From Bacteroidaceae bacterium (GTDB lineage: Bacteria > Bacteroidota > Bacteroidia > Bacteroidales > Bacteroidaceae), in the NCBI GenBank assembly GCA_045617485.1, contig JAZLIR010000004.1, positions 13,475-77,474 of the forward strand: DNA of 64,000 nt. The letters are read 5' to 3'. The position numbers were made by a program, and so were the translations under genes. How positions within the stretch are numbered: the stretch's first letter is position 1; every line of letters starts with the position of its first letter. Of the stretch, positions 20,109 through 27,366 are shown one piece after another. The notes beneath the pieces are model-generated. The model was not told where the DNA came from. It saw nothing but the letters and a program-made list of their open reading frames with translations, and did no database searches.

Positions 20109-22082
20109 TTACCAAGCCAACTGCAATTTTGACTCGTTTGTATTCAAGTTCCTTATTATGTACAAACCGCCCTTACCGGTAAGTTCGAGAAGTCTGCCAG
20201 GTATGTCCGAAGTTCCCTCGGCGGCAAATTTCCCTTTATAGGCGCCCGATAACGTATAAACCCCGTATGTGGCGCCGGTAACACTGACGGTTTCATCCAC
20301 ACCGGTAGGCTGTGTGCAAATAAAATTCAGCTTGTCTATGTTGCAGCTTGAACCGGTAATCGATATTCTGATAATCTGCCTGCCTGCATTCAGGTTCTTT
20401 GACAGGTTGCCGTGAACTGTGGTATATTTGCTCCAGTCATTGTCGGCTGTCTTCGGAACTGTCACGGAAGCAAGCTGGGTTGCCGCACCATCGTCACTCA
20501 TAAGACTGATGGAGAACGATGAATTGCCCGTACCTGACGAAACCACTGCATCGTATGAATACTGTCCCGGTTCCTTCACGTCAACGGTATATTCCATCCA
20601 CTCGCCTGAAATGGTATAACCTAGGGCATAGCCGCCGTTGCACCTGACCACATCGACACCCCCGTCAGTACGATAACTGCTGCCATCACCTTCCTTGGAC
20701 GGATTCGAGTCATGGTAAGTCACGCCTTCATCGCCCTTGTCAAAGTTTTCAGCCTCAAGTGTGCCTGGAACGGCAATATCGCCCTTGAAAGCGGAACGTG
20801 GATTTGTAGCTGTAAGAGAGGACACACGTTCATACTTTGTACCTTCAGTGTCAACAACCACAGCTTTCAGACTATATTTACCTGCCTTGTCAGGAGTAAA
20901 CATCACGTAATATTCACCGTCCTTCTCCTTTATTGGAGCGTCTGTCAGTTTGTTGTCAATATAGAAATCGATATGGTCGATGGTCTTCGTTGCCAGACTT
21001 GCACGGATTCTTATCCTGGCCTCGGTATTCTTCTCCATTCTGACCGTAGATGTGGAGCCTACGTATATCGAGGCCTCCTTCTTGAAGTTCTTGAACGGAC
21101 TCTTTGCGTTCTTTGCGGCATCAGTTGCCATATATTCCCTGAGCCACTTCATAGCAGGACGGTCAACACCGTTCTTGATGATACCCGAGTTACCGCCTTC
21201 GGTCCATGTAGTACCGTATATATAACCCCAGAGAGTGACACCTGCACAATAGTCAGCTTCCCACATGTAAGGAATCTGTTCCTTGTAACGCTGAAGCTGA
21301 AGTTGGTCGTCGGTAGTGCCTATGTCGTACTCAGTAATGTACATGGGCATCTTAATGCTGTTCTGCAACTTGGTCATGGCAGACTTGAAAGCAGAGAATT
21401 CAATATTCGTACAGTCATGCGATTGGCACCCGTAGGCATCCACCGGTGCGCCGGCATCGCGGATGGCAGTGACCAATGCAATATAATCGTCGGTGTTCCA
21501 TTGGAACGTGTTGAAGTCGTTATAGATGAGAATAGCGTTTGGCCAGCGTTCATGTGCCAGTTCAAATGCCTTCACAACCCAGTCATAGCCACTCTTGCCC
21601 GAACCGCCCAAGGCTTCTTCAAAGTAGTGGGTACCCGGCTGGTGACCGGGCAATGCTTCGTTCACCACGTCAATAAGCTTAAGGTCTGGATAATGTTCCT
21701 TCACTTTATCCATCCATTGCACAATTTCCTTGTATCGCTTCTCCGGAGTCTGGCTCTCAATCCATGTAGGATATTGCGAGCCCCAGACGAGAGCATGAAA
21801 CTTGAATGGGAAGTTGTGTTGCTTTGCATAGTTGAAGGCATTGTCGCTGCCCCACCAGCTGAACGAGTTGTTCGTACCCTCCACCGAGGCCCACTTCGAT
21901 TCATTCTCGCAGGTAATCTGATTCCAGAGAGTGTAGTACTTCTCGTTACCGTAATCCACCTGATACTGTGTCGTAATGTTACCAAGAAACTTGTCATGAT
22001 TCTTGGACAGCTGGGCAACTGCATCGCCACCCGCAACAATGCCTGCCGTCAGCAGCATTGAAACAAACAGATGTCTTCTCAT
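20109..22082 (-). CDS. secreted endo-1,4-beta-xylanase (GH10) with CBM6/35-like carbohydrate-binding module and probable T9SS C-terminal sorting domain
   Basis: GH10 motifs (LIYNDFN, ITEYDI nucleophile region), signal peptide, central CBM-like segment (GTLEAENFD...YALGYTISGEWMEYTV) and a C-terminal ~80-aa beta-sandwich tail. Confidence 0.85.
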   Translation of the reverse strand: MRRHLFVSMLLTAGIVAGGDAVAQLSKNHDKFLGNITTQYQVDYGNEKYYTLWNQITCENESKWASVEGTNNSFSWWGSDNAFNYAKQHNFPFKFHALVWGSQYPTWIESQTPEKRYKEIVQWMDKVKEHYPDLKLIDVVNEALPGHQPGTHYFEEALGGSGKSGYDWVVKAFELAHERWPNAILIYNDFNTFQWNTDDYIALVTAIRDAGAPVDAYGCQSHDCTNIEFSAFKSAMTKLQNSIKMPMYITEYDIGTTDDQLQLQRYKEQIPYMWEADYCAGVTLWGYIYGTTWTEGGNSGIIKNGVDRPAMKWLREYMATDAAKNAKSPFKNFKKEASIYVGSTSTVRMEKNTEARIRIRASLATKTIDHIDFYIDNKLTDAPIKEKDGEYYVMFTPDKAGKYSLKAVVVDTEGTKYERVSSLTATNPRSAFKGDIAVPGTLEAENFDKGDEGVTYHDSNPSKEGDGSSYRTDGGVDVVRCNGGYALGYTISGEWMEYTVDVKEPGQYSYDAVVSSGTGNSSFSISLMSDDGAATQLASVTVPKTADNDWSKYTTVHGNLSKNLNAGRQIIRISITGSSCNIDKLNFICTQPTGVDETVSVTGATYGVYTLSGAYKGKFAAEGTSDIPGRLLELTGKGGLYIIRNLNTNESKLQLAW

Positions 22083-22162
22083 ATTCCGGTTATGTTCATA
22101 CGGCTGCCCGTCAGGTTCACGTGCAGCACATCTTTGTCAAACTGGACGTAAAGGTAATAATC

Positions 22163-22196
22163 TGTTTGGAATAAACCAATTTATCCATTCCAAACA
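22163..22196. promoter_or_regulatory. inverted repeat TGTTTGGAAT-N14-ATTCCAAACA overlapping a Bacteroides-type promoter (TTTG ... TAAATTGG on the minus strand), 80-115 nt upstream of the xylanase start
   Basis: Perfect 10-bp arms read directly from the sequence; located between the AraC regulator stop and the GH10 start. Confidence 0.4.
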
Positions 22197-22257
22197 AATT
22201 TAAAAACTTGCCCAGTCAGACAAAACGCAATATCGGGCCGGATTACGGGACAGTCTG

Positions 22258-22734
22258 TCAGTATTCCTTCTGCAAATGAAAGAACCTGTATCTCCACTGG
22301 CTTGGATTCATGCCTTCCACTTTTGTGAATGCCTTGGTGTACTGCGACGGATATATGAAGCCGCTGGCTGTGGCCACGTGCTCCATATCCAGCCTGATTA
22401 TCTTCAACAGTTTCTTTGAATACTCCACCCGCAGCACATTGACGAATTCACTGAATCTCACGCCATAGAGATTATGTATGGCCGATGACACGTATGTCCT
22501 GTTGGTATGCAGCTTGTCTGCAAGGAAAGACACTGACATGTCAGGACTCAGAAACAGGCGTTCCTTCAGAACGAAACGGTTCAGACAACTGTCAAGATAG
22601 TCAAGGAGTTTTTCCGACAGGGAATAATCACACTCCATCACTCTGCGATTCTGCCGTCTTTCATGGATCTGCTGAAATATTCCACGCAAATTCAGAATTG
22701 TGTCCCCATCTTCAAAGATTGATTTTACATTCAT
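22258..22734 (-). CDS. AraC-family transcriptional regulator (HTH domain only, 158 aa)
   Basis: C-terminal AraC-type HTH (LADKLHTNRTYVSSAIHNLYGVRFSEF ... ATASGFIYPSQYTKAFTK). Confidence 0.8.
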   Translation of the reverse strand: MNVKSIFEDGDTILNLRGIFQQIHERRQNRRVMECDYSLSEKLLDYLDSCLNRFVLKERLFLSPDMSVSFLADKLHTNRTYVSSAIHNLYGVRFSEFVNVLRVEYSKKLLKIIRLDMEHVATASGFIYPSQYTKAFTKVEGMNPSQWRYRFFHLQKEY

Positions 22735-22890
22735 GGCTTTATATTTTTATGATTTGTTTGCAAAGTAAAGGTTTTTTCTTACAACAGGCTTATGTTCTGT
22801 ACGGATTTTGCGTTTTTTGCCGCAAACACACAACGAAGCGGCATATTTTGTATAAGTTTGTAGAACAAAATAAGCCAAACATCCATAGAA

Positions 22891-24192
22891 ATGAAAAAGA
22901 CAATCGCATTACTGGCCGCCATGATACTGGCGCTCCCGTTTCAGGCAAAGGACAAGAAGGAGATTATCAAATCCGGATGGAACTTCGGTCCTCTTCCGGT
23001 AGTCGGTTTCGATTCGGACCTGGGTTTCCAATACGGTCTGTGCTGTGACATATTCAACTACGGCAACGGCAGCAACTATCCGCAGTATGATTTCAAAATC
23101 AACGTGGAGGCATCGACCTACACAAAAGGATCCAGCGTGCTGCGTTCATACGGAGACTTCAAGAACCTTATTCCCGATGGAAAGTTCTTCTACGATGTAA
23201 CGTACTTCAACGCCCCAAAGTTCGGCTTCTACGGTTACAACGGCTTTGCCAGTCCGTTCAATTCCGAATACAAGGAGCCAAAAGCCAACATGCTTATCAC
23301 GGACTCTAATGCAAAATCAGGCTTCAACTTCATGTCACGCAACCAGTTCCGTGTTGTTGCCAGCATGCAGAAAAAGATAAGCGGCAATCTCAACTGGGCT
23401 GCCGGCATTGCATACTACAATATCAGCACATCGTCACTTGACATAAAGGACTACCAGACCCAGAACACTCTTTACGAAAAATACGTTGCAAAAGGCCTGA
23501 TCAGGGAAGACGAGAAGGACGGCGGCAATGTGACCCAGCTGCGCGGCGGACTTGTATTTGACAACCGCGACCATGACAGCGACCCCACCCGCGGTTTCAA
23601 CATCGAGGCCACGCTGTTCTACAGCCCCGATCTGATTGACGGCAACGGTTACAGCAACTTGGGCTTCACATTCATGGGCAGCCAGTTTGTTCCGGTTGTT
23701 GGAAACAGGCTCACATTTGCATACCGTCTGCTTGTCCAGGCAAAGCTGTGGGGCGATATCCCATACTACTTCACCAACAATATCAACACCATGTTCTTCC
23801 GCAAGATGTACACCGAAGGTCTTGGCGGAAACGCATCGGTCCGCGGACTTAACCGTAACGGTGTTCTTGGCGACGGCTTCGGGATGCTGAATGCAGAGTT
23901 GCGCTGGCGTGCCGTTGACTTCAAGTTCATCAACCAGAACTGGACAGTAGCTTTCAACCCGTTCTTCGATGCTGGCAAGGTTCTCCAGCAGTACCGTCTG
24001 GAGCAGCAGAAACAGACTGCCGACGGCACCATCTGGTCAGGCAATGAAGACGGCATCCACTGCACTGCCGGAGGCGGCGTAAAACTCATAATGAACCACA
24101 ACATGGTGGTATCGTTCGAAGCCGCAAAGGCCATGGACAATAACGACGGTGACGGTCTGTGGAACAATATCGGATTCAACTATCTTTTCTAA
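22891..24192 (+). CDS. outer-membrane beta-barrel protein (BamA/TamA-like surface-antigen family, no POTRA domains), putative
   Basis: Signal peptide, alternating aromatic and beta-strand pattern, C-terminal ...NIGFNYLF barrel terminus. Confidence 0.5.
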   Translation: MKKTIALLAAMILALPFQAKDKKEIIKSGWNFGPLPVVGFDSDLGFQYGLCCDIFNYGNGSNYPQYDFKINVEASTYTKGSSVLRSYGDFKNLIPDGKFFYDVTYFNAPKFGFYGYNGFASPFNSEYKEPKANMLITDSNAKSGFNFMSRNQFRVVASMQKKISGNLNWAAGIAYYNISTSSLDIKDYQTQNTLYEKYVAKGLIREDEKDGGNVTQLRGGLVFDNRDHDSDPTRGFNIEATLFYSPDLIDGNGYSNLGFTFMGSQFVPVVGNRLTFAYRLLVQAKLWGDIPYYFTNNINTMFFRKMYTEGLGGNASVRGLNRNGVLGDGFGMLNAELRWRAVDFKFINQNWTVAFNPFFDAGKVLQQYRLEQQKQTADGTIWSGNEDGIHCTAGGGVKLIMNHNMVVSFEAAKAMDNNDGDGLWNNIGFNYLF

Positions 24193-24207
24193 GTCCCAAT
24201 AAGAATT

Positions 24208-25416
24208 ATGACGGAAAACACTCCTGTGCTGCTGCTCACCGGTTATCTGGGCAGCGGCAAAACCACACTTGTAAACCGCATTCTCAGCAATTCCGAAGGC
24301 ATAAAATTTGCCGTAATAGTAAATGACATAGGCCAGGTCAACATTGACGCCAGCCTCATCCAGCAGGGAGGCGTTGTAGGCATGAACGACGACAGTCTGG
24401 TGGCACTGCAGAACGGTTGCATCTGCTGCACCCTGAAAATGGACCTTGTAGAGCAGATTCACCAGATAATCGCCCAGAAGCGCTTTGACTACATAGTTAT
24501 TGAGGCCAGCGGCATCTGCGAGCCCGCCCCCATAGCCCAGACCATCTGCTCAATTCCCCGCATGGATGCCAAATATACCAAGGACGGAGTGCCCAAGCTT
24601 GACTGCATTGTAACGGTGGTCGATGCACTGCGCCTCAAGGACGAGTTCGGATGCGGCGACAGTCTGGTCAGGGACAATATCGGCGACGAAGACCTTGAGA
24701 ACCTGGTAATCCAGCAGATTGAGTTCTGCAACCTGATTCTCCTGAACAAGGCAAGCGAAGTCAGCTCAACTGAAATGGAGCGCATACGCAGGATTGTACG
24801 CGCACTCCAGCCGCGCGCCCGCATAGTGGAATGCGACTACGGCAATGTGGAGCTTGACAGCATACTGAACACCGGGCTGTTCGATTTCGAACGTGTTGCC
24901 ACAAGCGCCACCTGGATTCAGGAAGTCGAGAAGCACCACGACGAAGACGAAGATGAGGAAGAGGAAGAACATCACCATCACGACGATGACGATGAGCACG
25001 AGCACCATCATCATCACCATCATGACCACGAAGGCGGCGAAGTTGAGGAATACGGCATAGGCACATACGTCTATTACGCCCGCCGTCCCATGGATCTGAA
25101 CCGCTTTGACTGGTTCGTTGCAAAGAAATGGCCCAAGGGTATAATACGCACCAAAGGAATCTGCTACTTTGCCGATGAGTTTGACACCTGCTACCTGTTC
25201 GAGCAGGCCGGCAAGCAGATGTCACTCAAGAACTCGGGCCAGTGGTACGCCACCATGCCCGAAGACCAGCTCGCCAACATGCTGCGACAGGATCCCGTAC
25301 TGGCAGCCGACTGGGATGTGAAATACGGCGACCGCATGCAGAAACTGGTGTTCATAGGTCAGAACCTTGACAGAAAACTCATAAAGCAGGAACTTGACAA
25401 GTGTCTTACCGACTGA
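24208..25416 (+). CDS. CobW/COG0523-family GTPase (zinc metallochaperone-like) with His/Asp/Glu-rich linker
   Basis: P-loop GYLGSGKTT, GCICCT (CxCC) metal motif, and a low-complexity stretch HHDEDEDEEEEEHHHHDDDDEHEHHHHHHHDHE. Confidence 0.88.
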   Translation: MTENTPVLLLTGYLGSGKTTLVNRILSNSEGIKFAVIVNDIGQVNIDASLIQQGGVVGMNDDSLVALQNGCICCTLKMDLVEQIHQIIAQKRFDYIVIEASGICEPAPIAQTICSIPRMDAKYTKDGVPKLDCIVTVVDALRLKDEFGCGDSLVRDNIGDEDLENLVIQQIEFCNLILLNKASEVSSTEMERIRRIVRALQPRARIVECDYGNVELDSILNTGLFDFERVATSATWIQEVEKHHDEDEDEEEEEHHHHDDDDEHEHHHHHHHDHEGGEVEEYGIGTYVYYARRPMDLNRFDWFVAKKWPKGIIRTKGICYFADEFDTCYLFEQAGKQMSLKNSGQWYATMPEDQLANMLRQDPVLAADWDVKYGDRMQKLVFIGQNLDRKLIKQELDKCLTD

Positions 25417-25429
25417 TCTGCACCGGCCG

Positions 25430-26497
25430 ATGAAAATACTGCTGCACACATGCTGCGCGCCGTGTTCGGGTGCAATCATCGAGTACATGCTACAGAACGG
25501 CATGACGCCCGTCATATACTACTGCAATCCCAACATCTACCCGTACGAGGAGTATCTGGTACGCAAGAACGAATGCACGCGCTATGCGCAGAGCCTCGGT
25601 CTGGAAATAGTGGATGCCGACTGGAGCCACACGGAATGGCGCACCTGCGTAAGCGGGCTGGAGAATGAGCCGGAGCGCGGGGCCCGATGTCTGGAATGCT
25701 TCAGAATGCGTCTGCTCAGCGCCGCAAGATATGCCCACGAACACGGATTCACCACGTTCACATCGACCCTCGACTCGAGCCGATGGAAACGCCACGACCA
25801 GATTGTGGAAGCCGGCCGATGGGCTGCAGCACAGTTTCCAGGGCTGACATTCGATGGGCGCAACTGGCGTCAGGGCGGACTGCAGGAACGCCGCGGACAG
25901 ATAATCAGGGAGCAGAACTTCTATAATCAGCGCTACTGCGGCTGCGAGTTCAGCATGCAGATTCTCAAGGACGACAAGAAAGCCACACGCCAGCGCATCA
26001 GGATGCTGGTAGGCGCCATGACCGAACAGCGCAGACAGGAGCAGTCCGCCACCATCTGGAAACGCTTTGAGGGAAGCCAGCAGTTCAGAAAAGCCACAGA
26101 CATTCTCATATACTGGTCTCTGCCCGACGAAGTGCAGACTCCCGCATTCATAGACCGATGGGCCGCTACAAAGAATTTCTACCTGCCTTCAATTCAAGGC
26201 AATGATCTTGTAGTCAAACGCTATACAGGACAGGACAGGCTTGTTGACGGCCAGCTTTTCAGCATTCCCGAACCCGACGGTCCCACTGTCACCGACCTTA
26301 ATCCCGTAAGCCTGGTCATCGTTCCAGGCCGGGCCTTTGACCGCAAGGGACACCGTCTTGGCCGTGGCCGCGGTTTCTATGACCGTCTGCTTCCGCAGTT
26401 CCCTCATGCCGTAAAAGCCGGAGTATGCTTTGACTGCCAGATACTTCCGTCTGTTCCGACCGATGAAAACGACATTCTGATGGACACCTTGATATGA
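25430..26497 (+). CDS. queH: in-frame fusion: epoxyqueuosine reductase QueH (DUF208) N-terminal domain plus 5-formyltetrahydrofolate cyclo-ligase C-terminal domain
   Basis: N-terminal half has the QueH hallmarks (KILLHTCCAPCS ... YCGCEFS). The C-terminal half, after MQILKDD, has the 5-FCL hallmarks (LVIVPGRAFDRKGHRLGRGRGFYDRLL). No stop lies between them. Start moved to MKILLH at 25430. Confidence 0.8.
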   Translation: MKILLHTCCAPCSGAIIEYMLQNGMTPVIYYCNPNIYPYEEYLVRKNECTRYAQSLGLEIVDADWSHTEWRTCVSGLENEPERGARCLECFRMRLLSAARYAHEHGFTTFTSTLDSSRWKRHDQIVEAGRWAAAQFPGLTFDGRNWRQGGLQERRGQIIREQNFYNQRYCGCEFSMQILKDDKKATRQRIRMLVGAMTEQRRQEQSATIWKRFEGSQQFRKATDILIYWSLPDEVQTPAFIDRWAATKNFYLPSIQGNDLVVKRYTGQDRLVDGQLFSIPEPDGPTVTDLNPVSLVIVPGRAFDRKGHRLGRGRGFYDRLLPQFPHAVKAGVCFDCQILPSVPTDENDILMDTLI

Positions 26498-27258
26498 TAC
26501 TTTGGTATTCCGGATGCGGCAACAGCCGTTTCATAGCTGAAAGCCTGGCCGGCAGGCTGGCCGACAAAGAACTTGTTTTCATTCCCGATGCCGCACGCAG
26601 CGGCGTCCGCCTTGATTTTGAGGATAACGGAATACTCGGACTGGTATTTCCCGTATATGCGTGGTCCGTACCCAATCTGGTGACAGATTTCATCAGAAAC
26701 ATGAAGTACACCGGAAAACCGGCATACATTTTCGCCGCGTGTACTTGCGGCGACAACACCGGACACACCTGTCGCGTGTTGAAGAAACAACTGGCAGGAC
26801 GAGGGCTGACTCTGGATGCATTCTTTGCGTTCCAAATGCCCAACACATATATCAATCTGCCCGGATTCAAACTTGACCCGCCCGAACTGGCCAAGAGCAA
26901 GATTGAAAGTTCGAAACATGACATTGGCAATGCCGTCTGCGCTATTGCAAACAGGTCAAAGGGCAATTTCAACCGGTTGACCGGAAGCTGGCCTTTCTTC
27001 AAGACATACATTCTGAAGCCGCTGTTCTACCTGTTCGTCATAACAGACCGCAAATTTCGCGTAAGCTCCGGCTGCAACGGCTGCGGACTCTGCGCCAAAA
27101 AGTGCCCTCTCGGGAACATATCCATAACAGACGGGCACCCACAGTGGAACCATAACTGCACAAACTGTAACAGCTGCTATCACCGCTGCCCGCATTCAGC
27201 CATAGAATTCGGCCGCATTACCGGCACCGCCACCGGCCAATACTACTTCAAAGACTGA
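26494..27258 (+). CDS. EFR1-family ferrodoxin (flavodoxin-like domain plus 2x[4Fe-4S] ferredoxin domain)
   Basis: MILWYSGCGNS flavodoxin-like N-terminus; two CxxCxxCxxxCP clusters at the C-terminus. Confidence 0.8.
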   Translation: MILWYSGCGNSRFIAESLAGRLADKELVFIPDAARSGVRLDFEDNGILGLVFPVYAWSVPNLVTDFIRNMKYTGKPAYIFAACTCGDNTGHTCRVLKKQLAGRGLTLDAFFAFQMPNTYINLPGFKLDPPELAKSKIESSKHDIGNAVCAIANRSKGNFNRLTGSWPFFKTYILKPLFYLFVITDRKFRVSSGCNGCGLCAKKCPLGNISITDGHPQWNHNCTNCNSCYHRCPHSAIEFGRITGTATGQYYFKD

Positions 27259-27316
27259 TGACATACATTGGCCGATATGCCATGACATAGGTTTTCCACC
27301 AATTCACTGATATAAA

Positions 27317-27347
27317 AAAGGCGCCACACTTCAGTGCGGCGCTTTTT
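27317..27347. terminator. bidirectional terminator AAAAAAGGCGCCACAC-TTCA-GTGCGGCGC-TTTTTTT
   Basis: Stem-loop flanked by A- and T-runs between the convergent EFR1 and GH3 genes. Confidence 0.55.
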
Positions 27348-27366
27348 TTCGGTATAATAAAGAGCT

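Noticed and set aside
20712-22061. 449-aa plus-strand ORF
   Set aside because: Entirely antisense to the well-supported GH10 xylanase. Cys/Leu-rich with no motifs. A typical codon-bias shadow ORF.
24766-25029. 87-aa poly-Val/Met/Phe ORF on the minus strand
   Set aside because: Antisense to the CAC/GAC/GAA-rich His/Asp/Glu tract of CobW. A low-complexity artefact.
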